From Granulicella sp. (lineage in GTDB: Bacteria; Acidobacteriota; Terriglobia; Terriglobales; Acidobacteriaceae), in NCBI GenBank assembly GCA_027339965.1, contig DAHWNL010000086.1, positions 1-59,932 of the forward strand: DNA of 59,932 nucleotides, in the 5' to 3' direction. Of the stretch, positions 40,855-51,857 are shown piece after piece. Positions within the stretch are counted from its first letter, which is position 1, and the number at the start of each line of letters is the position of its first letter. Below the pieces are notes generated by a model. That model had not been told where the DNA came from, made no database searches, and worked only from the letters and a program-made list of their open reading frames with translations. The position numbers and the translations under genes were made by a program.

Positions 40855-42039
40855 ATGAGCACTGCTGCGCATACGGAGACCCAAGGCGGGGGCGCTGCCT
40901 CTGGGTTCAAGCCCAAAAAGTCAGTCGCCCTCTCCGGCGTAGCGGCCGGCAACACAGCTCTCTGCACGGTGGGTCGCAGCGGCAACGATCTGCACTATCG
41001 CGGCTACGACATCCTGGACCTGGCTACTCACTGCGAGTTCGAAGAGGTAGCCCATCTTTTGCTCTATGGCAAGCTCCCCACCGAGCAGGAGCTGGGGCAC
41101 TACAAGCAACGTCTGGCCAGCCTACGCGGTTTGCCGCAGCCTGTAAAGGTGGCTCTTGAGCAGGTTCCGGCAAGCGCGCATCCTATGGACGTGCTGCGAG
41201 TGGGCGTCTCCATGCTGGCCACGGTAGAGACCGAGCCTCAGCCTTATACCCAAGCCTCCGCGCTTTATATCGCCGATCGGCTGATGGCCTCGCTGGGCTC
41301 CATGCTGCTCTACTGGTACCACTACTCGCACCGCGGACATCGCATCGAAGTGGAAACCAGCGATGACAGCATCGGCGGCCATTTTCTGCATCTGCTGCAT
41401 GGCAAGCCGGCCGGCGCGGAATGGGTTCGCGCCATGCATACCTCGCTGATTCTCTATGCAGAGCATGAATTCAACGCGTCTACGTTCACGGCTCGAGTGA
41501 TTGCCGGGACAGGTTCCGACATGCACTCCTGCATCGCTGGAGCAATTGGAGCGTTGAAGGGGCCAAAACATGGCGGCGCCAACGAGGTTGCACTGGAGAT
41601 TCAACAGCGCTACATCTCCCCTGACCAGGCCGAGGCGGATATTCGCCGGCGCATCGAGAACAAGGAGGTCATCATCGGCTTTGGCCACCCTGTTTACACC
41701 ATCAGCGATCCGCGCAACGTGGTCATTAAGAAGGTCGCGCATCATCTGTCCGCAGCCACCGCTGACCAGCGAATTTACAACATCGCTGAGCGGTTGGAGG
41801 CGGTGCTGTGGGAGGTGAAGCGCATGTTCCCAAACCTGGATTGGTTCTCTGCCGCCGCCTATCATGCCATGGGCATCCCGACGGCGATGTTCACTCCCAT
41901 CTTCTCTATGGCGCGCACCAGCGGCTGGTCAGCCCATGTGATGGAGCAGCGTGCTGACGGCAAGATCATCCGCCCCAGCGCCAACTATACGGGTCCGGAA
42001 GAGATTCCCTTTGTTCCTATCGCCCAGCGCGGCACCTAG
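40855..42039 (+). CDS. prpC: 2-methylcitrate synthase
   Basis: [37 protein letters not shown] and GFGHPVY motifs; AGGAGG SD. Confidence 0.97.
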   Translation: MSTAAHTETQGGGAASGFKPKKSVALSGVAAGNTALCTVGRSGNDLHYRGYDILDLATHCEFEEVAHLLLYGKLPTEQELGHYKQRLASLRGLPQPVKVALEQVPASAHPMDVLRVGVSMLATVETEPQPYTQASALYIADRLMASLGSMLLYWYHYSHRGHRIEVETSDDSIGGHFLHLLHGKPAGAEWVRAMHTSLILYAEHEFNASTFTARVIAGTGSDMHSCIAGAIGALKGPKHGGANEVALEIQQRYISPDQAEADIRRRIENKEVIIGFGHPVYTISDPRNVVIKKVAHHLSAATADQRIYNIAERLEAVLWEVKRMFPNLDWFSAAAYHAMGIPTAMFTPIFSMARTSGWSAHVMEQRADGKIIRPSANYTGPEEIPFVPIAQRGT

Positions 42040-42147
42040 CTTGGCGGCGCGGCTGGAAAGTCCCTGACGATCCTTGCGTGGCTCTATTCTTTCCCGCTTT
42101 CTTGGTTAGAAAAATTGAACCTCTCCACCTGCACCTTCGAGGAGCTT

Positions 42148-43596
42148 ATGTCCGCACCGCAGTCGCATGCTCGCCCTCCCTTTGATCAGCCTATCGTCGA
42201 TATCGTCGATTACGCTCTCGACTACAAGATCACCAGTCAACTGGCTTTTGCAACGGCTCGCCTTTGTCTGCTGGACACGCTGGGTTGCGGGTTACACGCG
42301 CTGGAATTTCCCGCCTGCACCAAACTTCTGGGACCGCTGGTTCCGGGCCTTACCATGCATCATGGAGCGCGGGTTCCGGGAACGTCCTACCGGCTGGATC
42401 CAGTACAGGCTGCCTTCAATATCGGCGCGATGATTCGCTGGCTGGACTACAACGACACATGGCTCGCCGCCGAGTGGGGCCATCCCTCGGATAATCTGGG
42501 CGCTATCCTGGCCGTGGCCGACTGGCTGGGCCGCAATGGCCATCCACTGAAGATGCGCGACGTGCTGACGGCGATGATCAAGGCCCACGAGATCCAGGGC
42601 TGCATCGCGCTGGAGAACTCCTTCAACCGGGTGGGACTTGATCATGTGATTCTAGTAAAAGTAGCCTCCACGGCGGTGGTCTGCCAGTTGCTTGGATTAA
42701 CCCGCGAGCAGACCCTCAACGCGGTCTCGCTGGCCTTTGTGGATGGCCAGTCGCTGCGCACCTACCGGCACGCCCCCAATACCGGATCAAGGAAATCCTG
42801 GGCGGCCGGCGATGCCACCTCGCGCGCGGTTCGCCTGGCTTTGATCGCTAGCACCGGAGAGATGGGCTATCCTACGGCGCTCACGGCCAAGACCTGGGGC
42901 TTTTACGACGTCAGCTTCAAGGGTCAGCCATTCAAGTTCCAGCGCCCCTATGGCTCGTACGTGATGGAAAACGTTCTGTTCAAGATCTCGTTTCCTGCCG
43001 AGTTTCACGCCCAGACCGCCGTGGAAGCGGCCATCCGGCTGCACCATCAGTTGGCCGCCGCGGGCAAGTCCGCCGCGGATATCCAGAGCGTGACCATTCG
43101 CACGCACTCGGCTTGCATGCGCATCATCGACAAGCAAGGGCCACTGAACAATCCGGCCGATCGCGATCACTGCATTCAATACATGGTGGCCGTGGCGCTG
43201 ATCACCGGCGCTCTGACCGCGGAGGACTATGAGGACTCCGCAGCTTACGAACCCGTGCAAGGCCGGCAGATTGACTCTCTCCGTTCTCGGATCCGCTGTG
43301 TTGAGGAGGAGAGCTTCACACGGGACTACTACGATCCCGACAAGCGTTCCATCGCCAACGGCCTGAGCATTGAGACCACCGACGGCGCTCGTCTTCCCGA
43401 GGTGCTGGTCGAATATCCCATCGGACATCGGCTACGCCGCGGCGACGGAATTCCTTTGTTGCTGGACAAGTTCCGGGCGAACCTCGATCGCCGCTTCTCC
43501 CCGGAGGTCCGCGATCGAATTCTGAACGCATCGCTTGACCAGACCACCCTGGAAGCCACACCCGTGGATCAGTACGTGAGCCTGTACGTGGTGTGA
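42148..43596 (+). CDS. prpD: 2-methylcitrate dehydratase
   Basis: RWLDYNDTWLAAEWGHPSDN and FKISFPAEFHAQT motifs; GAGGAG SD. Confidence 0.97.
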   Translation: MSAPQSHARPPFDQPIVDIVDYALDYKITSQLAFATARLCLLDTLGCGLHALEFPACTKLLGPLVPGLTMHHGARVPGTSYRLDPVQAAFNIGAMIRWLDYNDTWLAAEWGHPSDNLGAILAVADWLGRNGHPLKMRDVLTAMIKAHEIQGCIALENSFNRVGLDHVILVKVASTAVVCQLLGLTREQTLNAVSLAFVDGQSLRTYRHAPNTGSRKSWAAGDATSRAVRLALIASTGEMGYPTALTAKTWGFYDVSFKGQPFKFQRPYGSYVMENVLFKISFPAEFHAQTAVEAAIRLHHQLAAAGKSAADIQSVTIRTHSACMRIIDKQGPLNNPADRDHCIQYMVAVALITGALTAEDYEDSAAYEPVQGRQIDSLRSRIRCVEEESFTRDYYDPDKRSIANGLSIETTDGARLPEVLVEYPIGHRLRRGDGIPLLLDKFRANLDRRFSPEVRDRILNASLDQTTLEATPVDQYVSLYVV

Positions 43597-43828
43597 GGCC
43601 AGAGGGCCGAGCAAGGCAAAGCGAAGGTGCGCAAGCAGCTATGGATGCTCACTCGCATCCTCCTCCTTATCGACCAGGCCGTTGCCATCGCCGCTTGCGA
43701 TAGGTTCAGCGATTATCCTGGGAAGACGCTGCGCAACGGCAAACAGCGGCCTCCGCCTTTGGAAAGCCAACCGTGGATCCACAGACTGAACCCGCCAGAG
43801 ATCTCTTGCTCGTGACAGCGCGATGGCT

Positions 43829-45739
43829 CTATTGCAAAGGAAGATCGATGACCTCAATGGTCAACGCCGGAACGGTGTGTTGCAGTACGGTTCCGGTGAA
43901 GTGCAGCGAGCTCTGCACGGGGTGAATCGCCAGCGGATTGCGCAGCGTGTTGGTGGCCTCGAAGGTGGCACCGTGAAGAGAGTAGGCCGTGGCTACGTGG
44001 GCGCCCGCTCCGGCGCCTTGCAGGGCAATCTGCAGCGGGTGGGCCAGGGTGGTGGCGTTGACCAGCTTCAGGTGGAGCAGCCGCTCGCGCCGCGACTCCG
44101 TGACCGAGTAGAAGAACCGCGCCGAGGGGTTGAGTCCCGTGAGGCTGTTCTGGGGAATCGCATCGCCCATGTGCGCCGCAAAGAGGCACTGCGCATAGTA
44201 ACTCGGCGATCCATAGCTGGAGAGTGCGTCATAGCCGATGAGGTTGGTCCTCCAGACGGCGTTTCTTACATTGACGAAGAGGGGCGCGTAGCTGGCCATC
44301 TTGATCAAATCGCTGTTGCGCTCCATGCCCGTCATCCAGGCAGCGTCTCCCAGAGCGTCGCCGAAGTCCGGCGTGGGCGTTGCCGAGACCGTGGCCCACT
44401 CGCCCACAAGGACCTTGGGGCCGGTCCGCGGTGCGGCGTCATAGTGATGCACCAGTGCAAACATCTGCTCGGGCGACTTGTAATAGTGGTCGTCCAGCAG
44501 GTCTGGCACATCACCGGGTTTGGCCGGACTCTGCGGAATCGGCGCGGTGGCAATCAGCTTGTACTGCGGATACTTCTTGCGCAGCGCCTGGGCAAACTGC
44601 GCAAAGCGAGCGGGATAGCTGCCGCTGCGGTCAAACGAATCCTCATTGCCGATCTCGATGTAGTGCAGCGGAAAGGGAGCGGGATGACCGTCCCGAACTC
44701 GTTGGGCGCCCCATGGGGTGTGTGCGTCACCGGTGACGTACTCCACCTCATGGAGCGCACTCTGTACATATGGTTCCAGGTCCGGGCCTGGGGTCACATG
44801 TTTGCCCTTCAGCGAGTAGCCTGCGTAGACGGCCAACACAGGCTCCACGTGCAGTTGCTGCGTCCACTCCAGAAACTCCAGCAGCCCAAACTGATCGGTT
44901 GACCAGTAGCCCCATGGACCCTGGTGGCCGGGCCGGTCCGCCAGCGGCCCAATTGTCTTCTCCCAGTCAAAGCGATCCTCGATTCTGTTCCCTTCCAAGT
45001 AGTTGCCGCCGGGAAGGCGGATGAAGTTGGGGTGCATCGCGGCCAGCTTCTCCATCAGATCCGGCCGGTTGCCGTTGGGCTGATCGTCAAAGGTCGGCGG
45101 GAACAAAGTGACCAGTTGCAGATGCAGCGTACCGGGATGAGCCACGGTGAGCTCAAAGTGATTTTCAGCAGAGCTTGCTTCCTGACCAGAGCGAAGCTGG
45201 AAGCTGTAACTTCGCCAGCCAGCGCCGGCCAGAGCCACCTGCGTGGATGCCAGCACAGCGCCAGTCTGGTTGGCTATCAGGCGTATGGTGACGGGGCCGA
45301 TTGCTGGGTTCGCCTCAGCGTAGAACGAGCCGGTGTAGGTAGTGTGCGGACGCACAGCGATGCCCCAGTATCCTGGGTTGCTGAGTCCTGCCGGGCTCGC
45401 TGGCGAGGCCGAGGCTACGTTCAACTCCAGGCTCTCCGGCAGGGCTGGGCTGGGGCCGTCCTTTGGATCCAGACTGGAGGTTGCCACGGCATCGCCCTTC
45501 AGCGCCAAACCCCACTGCGCGATGCTCATCCAGTTGCCGCGGAAGGTATCGTTGCTGAGCAACTCCGCATACAAGCCTCCCTCATACGAGTGGTTGATCT
45601 CCTCGGTCATCAGGCCGTACATCCTGGGGCTGGCCTGTCGGACAATTTTGCCGGCGTCAATCTGCAGATGGGCTACCGGCTGCTGCGCCGCGGCCGGAAG
45701 GAACGGAAGGGCGAGACGGAGAAGGAGAAGAAGGCGCAT
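43829..45739 (-). CDS. secreted alpha-L-arabinofuranosidase, GH51
   Basis: Signal peptide; EEINHSYEGGLYAE, RLPGGNYLEG, EIGNE, VGEW and MASYAPL motifs. Confidence 0.93.
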   Translation of the reverse strand: MRLLLLLRLALPFLPAAAQQPVAHLQIDAGKIVRQASPRMYGLMTEEINHSYEGGLYAELLSNDTFRGNWMSIAQWGLALKGDAVATSSLDPKDGPSPALPESLELNVASASPASPAGLSNPGYWGIAVRPHTTYTGSFYAEANPAIGPVTIRLIANQTGAVLASTQVALAGAGWRSYSFQLRSGQEASSAENHFELTVAHPGTLHLQLVTLFPPTFDDQPNGNRPDLMEKLAAMHPNFIRLPGGNYLEGNRIEDRFDWEKTIGPLADRPGHQGPWGYWSTDQFGLLEFLEWTQQLHVEPVLAVYAGYSLKGKHVTPGPDLEPYVQSALHEVEYVTGDAHTPWGAQRVRDGHPAPFPLHYIEIGNEDSFDRSGSYPARFAQFAQALRKKYPQYKLIATAPIPQSPAKPGDVPDLLDDHYYKSPEQMFALVHHYDAAPRTGPKVLVGEWATVSATPTPDFGDALGDAAWMTGMERNSDLIKMASYAPLFVNVRNAVWRTNLIGYDALSSYGSPSYYAQCLFAAHMGDAIPQNSLTGLNPSARFFYSVTESRRERLLHLKLVNATTLAHPLQIALQGAGAGAHVATAYSLHGATFEATNTLRNPLAIHPVQSSLHFTGTVLQHTVPALTIEVIDLPLQ

Positions 45740-46351
45740 GAAAGTTTTGGCTCGCAGTGAGGCAGTTAATGAAATGGGCGACGCCTGAAGTGTAATTCAG
45801 GAGTCGTTTTCTATAGGAGCGAAAGCTGCTTTTATGCCGGACGAGAGCACCGGACGAAAGGGTGATGGCCTCTCCGGTTGGGGGCAGAGGGCGAACTGTC
45901 TGTGAGAGCGCCGGTCAGCCCGGCTTTGCCCGGCCACCGGATCAAGAGATCTCCGGCACGCGCTTCCCGGTCGTCTTCAAGCTAAGATCCAGGACTGACG
46001 GTGCAACGCGGCAGGTCTCCTCGCCGGGAGGGGGTGCCGGGAGGGCGGGAGGGCACCGGGAGGAGATAGAATCGGCCAGTTGCTGGGGAGCGACAAGGGT
46101 CCAGGCAGGGGCGCTGAAGGCCTGCTGGAAGCAGCGTGCATCCGTTGCCCCACACTTCGCTGGGCCGCCCTCTGCGAGCTCTGGCCGGCCCCTATCCCCT
46201 TACCCGGAATCCGCCGGCCCGATGGGCGTGCCGGCGGGACCCCGAGCTGGCAACCCAGGTGGCCCATGTGGCTTGGCCGCGGCAGGCACAACGTGAGCCT
46301 GAGCATCGTGCATCTCATGCTTGGCATCAAATCTTGAAAGGAGATTTTTTA

Positions 46352-46777
46352 ATGGATCGCAAAGCAACCGCCCTATGGAATGGCGACCTCAAGGCTGGAC
46401 ACGGTAGCCTTTCCACCCAGAGCAAGACGCTGCACAACACTCCCTACAGCTTCAAGTCCCGCTTTGAGGAGGGCAGTGGCTCCAACCCCGAGGAACTCGT
46501 CGCAGCCGCTCATGCGGGCTGCTTCTCCATGGCCTTCGCCAATGAACTGGCCAAGGCGGGTCATACCGCAACTTCTGTAGAGACCACCGCAACAGTGACG
46601 CTGGAGATGCTTCCCAGCGGTCCCACCGTGACCAGGATCCATCTCTCCAACAAGTCCGCGGTGCCGGGAATCGAAAAGGCTAAGTTCGATGAGATTGCGG
46701 CTGCGGCCAAGGTCAACTGTCCGATCTCCAGACTGTTGAAGGCGGCCGAGATCACTCTCGACACGAAGCTGAACTAA
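46352..46777 (+). CDS. osmC: OsmC peroxiredoxin
   Basis: NPEELVAAAHAGCFSMA and AKVNCPIS motifs; AAGGAG SD. Confidence 0.96.
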   Translation: MDRKATALWNGDLKAGHGSLSTQSKTLHNTPYSFKSRFEEGSGSNPEELVAAAHAGCFSMAFANELAKAGHTATSVETTATVTLEMLPSGPTVTRIHLSNKSAVPGIEKAKFDEIAAAAKVNCPISRLLKAAEITLDTKLN

Positions 46778-46807
46778 CCTTACGAGACGAACGCCTCTGC
46801 ATCCTCC

Positions 46808-46845
46808 ACGGCTTCCTTCTTCTGGAATCGAAGGGGAAGCCGTTT
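46808..46845 (+). terminator. intrinsic terminator after osmC
   Basis: ACGGCTTCC...GGAAGCCGT stem followed by TT. Confidence 0.6.
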
Positions 46846-47013
46846 ACATCCGGAGGGCCTGCTTTCCTTCCGTCGGCGCTGAGCCCCGAACCGGAAAGAC
46901 CAACCAAGCGTCAACACGGAAGGCCGTCACTGCCGGGGCGGGGCTATTGCCGGGACCCATGAGAGCCGGATGCAGCAGCTTGATCAGGTGCTGCCCCATG
47001 CATGCCGCTTCCA

Positions 47014-47484
47014 TCACTTTCCGGCGACGCATGCTCCCTGATAGGTTCCTTTGGAGAGCATGGTTGCGGTCGCTGTGTTGGAAGCGCCTCCCGGCATGCT
47101 GGTGGTCGTGGTGGTGCTACCCGTGGCCGTGAAAGACCTTCCATTCTGGGAGAAGATCTCGGTGACATCCGATTGCATCTTCCATGAAATCGGTCCAGTG
47201 CTACCTTGGCAGGCGAGCCGGACATGGACGCCACCCGGGGCGGAGGTCATCGCGGGAGCATCGCACTGCATCCCAAGGCGCTGCTGCTTCCAGAAGTCGG
47301 ACGCACCCTGGGCGCAGACGCTCTGTTGCAGAGATACCGTCCGTCCGTCGGCGGACACGGTGGAGTTGACCTGCCATTCACCGTGCTGGAACGAGAAGCT
47401 GCCGCTCTGACCGTGCGCGGTCGGAATGAGCATGGCGACGGCGAATGGCAGGGTGGATAGGTTCCGCAAAGGACGCATATCCAT
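47014..47484 (-). CDS. small secreted beta-rich protein (DUF3617-like)
   Basis: Signal peptide; GEWQV, four Cys, C-terminal GTYQGAC. Confidence 0.7.
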   Translation of the reverse strand: MDMRPLRNLSTLPFAVAMLIPTAHGQSGSFSFQHGEWQVNSTVSADGRTVSLQQSVCAQGASDFWKQQRLGMQCDAPAMTSAPGGVHVRLACQGSTGPISWKMQSDVTEIFSQNGRSFTATGSTTTTTSMPGGASNTATATMLSKGTYQGACVAGK

Positions 47485-48306
47485 ACGATGCTAGCATAGC
47501 CATTGTCTGAACCAGCCGCTGGCGCAAGCGGAACGGTTGTCGATCCGCCAAGGTGCAATGGTTGTTCGAGTGGTCCGGAGGCGATCTTTCCACCTTGGCG
47601 TCCAGGAAGGCATTCGGGAAGCGGACGTCCAGAGTGTTTTCTGACTGAGCCGGGCGAGTGCAGCGCTGTGGATGGACAAGCGGAGAAGCGGATTGCCTGC
47701 CCAGGTGATCTTCCCCGGAACCGGTCGCTTGCTCACATTGAGCTCGGGGGAGGCAAGCGATCTGGTGCATCCAGACCCGGCTCCGCAGCCGATTTGGAGT
47801 GGACCCGTTCCAGGGGATCGCTCTCGGTCCGCATCTGCCGGGACTTGCGGAGGACGCTGCGCTCGCTCCGCAGGCGGAGGGGCCGGAGACCTGTTTATTG
47901 CGAGACTTGTGCCGGAGCTTCGTCTCTCATTGGCCGTTTCATCTTCAGAGCTGGAAAAGACACCGAACCGCAGCGGGACGCTTCGTCTCGCACAAGAGGT
48001 TTTCGCCTTGCGCGACATCGATGTAGCTAGGAAGCGATAGACTGATGAACCGCGAGGAGGCTCAACAAACCTCTTCCCATCCGTTGCCCGAAGGAAACCC
48101 GCTGCTGAGTGGCCAGGGGGATCCGTCCGACCAGCGCAAACCAGACAGTGACTCCCGGCAAGAGGTCCCCGCCGAGAAGCGGGCCTCCGACTCCGGCAAA
48201 TCCAGAGGCGATCCTGCGCAGCCCAGTGTTCTGCGGGCTTTGGTCGCCTCAGAAAATGTAGATACCCGCCGAAAGAGCAAACCGGCAATCTTGATTCCGC
48301 AATTCC

Positions 48307-49092
48307 TTACTGTGTAGACAACGCCTTTTGAATCGCTTCTTCCGCCAATGGCGTCATGACACGATATCCTTCAGCCGTTGGATGCACTCCGTCAGAGGAA
48401 TATCCTTCGCGCATACCGCCTTGAGAATCAACCATGGAGTCGTAATAATCAAGGTAAACAAGGCCATTTTGAGCACAGAATTGCTTCAGCCACCGGTTTA
48501 CCGTTCGAATCTCATCCGCAGGGTGAATGGCCGGACTCCAGGAGTAATGGCTGGCCGGGAGAATGGAAGCGATGACCATGCGAATGCCGCTTTGCTTCGC
48601 AATGGCCGCCATAGAAGCGAAGTTGTCCTCGATCATCTCCGGTGTCGACTGACCCGTATTCCCCGCAATGTCATTGGTGCCCGCCAGCACGACGACCACT
48701 GCCGGATGCAAATGAACGACATCCTGCTGGAACCGGACCAGCATCTGCGGTGTCGTTTGACCGGAAATGCCTCTGTTCACGTAGGGCTTACCCGGGAAGA
48801 AGGAACCCGTGCTTCGTCCCCAACTGTCCGTGATGGAATCTCCATAAAAGACGACTCGCTGCTTACTGTCGGACGTCTGAGCAAGTTTACCATCCTCACT
48901 GCGATACCGATGCAGATCCGCCCAGTCTCCAAGCTCGGCATCCATCTGATGTACCTGCTCTCCGAGAGCGGATACCATCGCCTCTCGGCGCTGCGCATCC
49001 GCCGCCTCCCGGCCGAGCGGCGCTGCATTCGATTGAGACCATAACGGTACAACGCTAAACACTATCGTCAACAGAAAGGTGATTTGCTTCAT
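48307..49092 (-). CDS. secreted SGNH/GDSL hydrolase
   Basis: GDSIT, NRGISGQTT, AGTND and DGVHP motifs; signal peptide. Confidence 0.93.
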   Translation of the reverse strand: MKQITFLLTIVFSVVPLWSQSNAAPLGREAADAQRREAMVSALGEQVHQMDAELGDWADLHRYRSEDGKLAQTSDSKQRVVFYGDSITDSWGRSTGSFFPGKPYVNRGISGQTTPQMLVRFQQDVVHLHPAVVVVLAGTNDIAGNTGQSTPEMIEDNFASMAAIAKQSGIRMVIASILPASHYSWSPAIHPADEIRTVNRWLKQFCAQNGLVYLDYYDSMVDSQGGMREGYSSDGVHPTAEGYRVMTPLAEEAIQKALSTQ

Positions 49093-49560
49093 ACTGTGCT
49101 CTACTCCTCGCCGGCGTTGAATGCAGAAGATCATGCTTGTACTTGTCTGGGCGCTCGTCAAAAATCGACCGGCGGGAGATCTCAAGCCGAGATGGGCCGA
49201 ATTTGCTCGTCGCCTCAATGTACAAAATGTAGCATCACCGGCTTCTCCATGAATCATGGAGTAACGCTCGTTGTTCTGGTTGTCCGCGTAAGCGAGTATG
49301 CCTTGACCCCAGGGGAGCGCCGAACTACTGGAAAACCATAGCCATAGATGGCCAGCGCGGCGGCGTCTGGATCGCCTTTACCCGCTCTTTTACGACAACA
49401 TCGGGCAAGAGGAGGTTTGCCTGTTTTGTGAGAGCCACTGCCCTCCTTCTCCGCGCCGCTCATCGTGCTGCTGGGCAACTCTTCGACACTCCAAGGCCAA
49501 CCCGTCGACTAGCCTCGAGCCGTTCTCGGACATTCCCTCCGCAGGAGCTCGGGACGGCGC

Positions 49561-51084
49561 TCAGGAACGCATCTTCCCAAGGAGCCGTTTCAGCCCAGCC
49601 CAACGCGGCCCCAAGCCCCTGCCGTACAAGACTTGGACCAAGCCCGCGTAAGCCTCGGCGTCCAGGCCGCGCGGCGCGTTCAGATGCAGCTTCACGCCCC
49701 CGCGCTGGACAAGCATGGTCTTCACCGCGGTCATCTCCAACAGTCCCTCAGCGCCACGCGTCACTCCATAGCCACTCTCCCCGCGGCCGCCGAAGGGAAC
49801 TCGTGGATCGGCCGTAGGCACAATGATGTCGTTGATCAGCAGCGAGCCGGCGTTGAGCATACCGCCCAGCAGGCGCGCCATCTTCTCCTGCTTCCTGTCA
49901 CAGAAGATAGCGGCGGTCAGACCGTAGGCGCACTCTGCATAGAGCTCCGGGACGTGCAGCATGGACTCAGCCTCAATCAACGAGATCACCGGAGCAAAGA
50001 GATCGCTCCGGGCAACCGTCATGCGAGCGGAGGCCCGGTCCACCAGCAGCGGTCGTTGCGCCTGGGGCTGAAGCGCGCCCCTGAGCATCGCACCCTGACT
50101 CACCGCTTCGTCCAGAAGCGCGCTCAGGCGCTGCGCGGTTCCTGGCTCCAAGGCCACGGCTGGAACTGTCGCCAGCGCAGCGTCCAGCAAGGGCCTTAGC
50201 GCGGCCATGGTGGTGGGCGTGGCAAACAGCCGCCGCGGGGACATGCACACCGAGGCGCCGTTCAAGCGCAACCCAAAGGCCACTGTTTTCGCCACCTCCT
50301 GGAGGTCCGCCGAGGGAGTCACAACGATGGCATCGGCTCCGGAGAGCTCCATGACGGCGGGTATCGCGCCCTCCGCCAGCATCCTCAGCAGGTGATGCCC
50401 GGTACGGGAAGATCCCGTGAAAACAACTTTGTCGGGGTGGGTTGCCAAAGCCTCTTCCGCCGCCGCCACACTCTCTTCGGTTACGGTAAGCGTTCCCTCG
50501 GGCAGCCCCGCATCGGCCAGCGCTAGCGCCACCAGCAGGGCGACGGCTTTGCCGCCCACTCCCGGCTTCCAGGTAACGCGATTGCCCGCGGCGAGCGCCT
50601 GCAAGACTTGCGACCCGGGGATGTAAAGAGGAAAGTTGGAAGGACCAATGACCAGAACATGGCCCAAAGGGACTCGCAGAATCTCCGCAGCCAACCCCGT
50701 CAGCCACACCGGCCTCCCGCTTCTGCCCAGTCTTTGCGGAGAGAGAATTCGTGCTGCGTTGCGCTCCAGAAATCTGCATCCGGCCAGCAGTGGCAGGAGC
50801 TCCGTTGTCAACGTATCGCTCTTGCTGCGAGCCAGATGGGGCGAGATCGCCTCCGGGAACTCCAGTGCCCGCTCAGCCAACCGTCCTCTCGCAGCGCGCA
50901 GAACACGCATTCGTCCAGCCACGGACAGCGCTGCCCAGCGCTGCGGGCCGCTCTCCGGCGAAGGAACCTGATGCAAGGAGCAGACTCCCGCCGGGGGCAA
51001 GGATGAGAGCGGCAGCGGCGGATCTTCCGCAAGCCGCGCCGTGACGTTCGTCAAGCGGTTGTCAGAATGCGATTCATGATTCAT
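49561..51084 (-). CDS. aldehyde dehydrogenase (resembles C30-carotenoid aldehyde dehydrogenases)
   Basis: IGPSNFP, WKPG, FTGS, MELSG, catalytic Cys (SVCM) and PFGGRGESGYG motifs. Confidence 0.85.
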   Translation of the reverse strand: MNHESHSDNRLTNVTARLAEDPPLPLSSLPPAGVCSLHQVPSPESGPQRWAALSVAGRMRVLRAARGRLAERALEFPEAISPHLARSKSDTLTTELLPLLAGCRFLERNAARILSPQRLGRSGRPVWLTGLAAEILRVPLGHVLVIGPSNFPLYIPGSQVLQALAAGNRVTWKPGVGGKAVALLVALALADAGLPEGTLTVTEESVAAAEEALATHPDKVVFTGSSRTGHHLLRMLAEGAIPAVMELSGADAIVVTPSADLQEVAKTVAFGLRLNGASVCMSPRRLFATPTTMAALRPLLDAALATVPAVALEPGTAQRLSALLDEAVSQGAMLRGALQPQAQRPLLVDRASARMTVARSDLFAPVISLIEAESMLHVPELYAECAYGLTAAIFCDRKQEKMARLLGGMLNAGSLLINDIIVPTADPRVPFGGRGESGYGVTRGAEGLLEMTAVKTMLVQRGGVKLHLNAPRGLDAEAYAGLVQVLYGRGLGPRWAGLKRLLGKMRS

Positions 51085-51143
51085 GGCAAACTCCCGAATC
51101 CGTCGCCAGGCTCCGTCTCGGAGCGAGGTCGCCAAGCCATCTG

Positions 51144-51590
51144 TCAGAGCATTCCGCGAAGAACGCCTCGCACTTGCTCCGCAACCACTCCGGAGACAAG
51201 ATGGATGGAGGATTCGCTGCCGGCCGGCTCCGGCGGGAGCTCGATCTTGGGAGCTGCGGTCTCCTCGGTGAGGATCATCAGGACAAGACCAAAGATAGCA
51301 CCTTGGCTCTGGGTCGCGGCGGGATAAAACTCGGCCAATGCCCCGTAAGCCGCTCCCACCAATGCGCCAACTCCCCACGGGATCGTCCTGCTCGCTCTTG
51401 TGGGCTGGGTTGGCTCCAGGCCAGGCTCCGTCGGCTTGTCCGCGGTCAGGTGATCCGATTCGGGATCCTGAGCCATGCGCGGAGGATCAAGTGCCCGCGC
51501 AACAGACTGTGCCGCTGCCGCCGCCAGACCGGCCACCAGACCCGCCAACAGCCCCTTGACCAGGGAGCGCTCTGATTCAATCTCGCTCAC
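51144..51590 (-). CDS. DUF1440-like membrane protein
   Basis: KGLLAGLVAGL and W..GA..GAAYGALAEFYP motifs. Confidence 0.6.
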   Translation of the reverse strand: MSEIESERSLVKGLLAGLVAGLAAAAAQSVARALDPPRMAQDPESDHLTADKPTEPGLEPTQPTRASRTIPWGVGALVGAAYGALAEFYPAATQSQGAIFGLVLMILTEETAAPKIELPPEPAGSESSIHLVSGVVAEQVRGVLRGML

Positions 51591-51857
51591 CGCATCCCCC
51601 CATAGCGTCTCAGCATCCGCGCCAGCCCGCCCGGCCGGCGCGCCCTGTCGATCGGGACGCAGAGCGCTGCGGCTCCCGCCAAGGCAAACGAGAGCCGGGT
51701 GGCTATCCGACTAAGTGACCTCTTGGCTCGGCGCGTCAGCCTGGGCCATCCGAATCGGCGCTGGCGGGAGCAGAGCCCTGGAGATTCGATGCGGATCGGG
51801 AGCCATCGGAGATGGGCAGAGATGCTTCGCTCTGCGTAGTACGAGATCGAGGACTTC

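Noticed and set aside
47491..48317. Overlapping ORFs between the DUF3617-like and SGNH genes
   Set aside because: No recognisable domain or consistent coding signal; cannot support a call.
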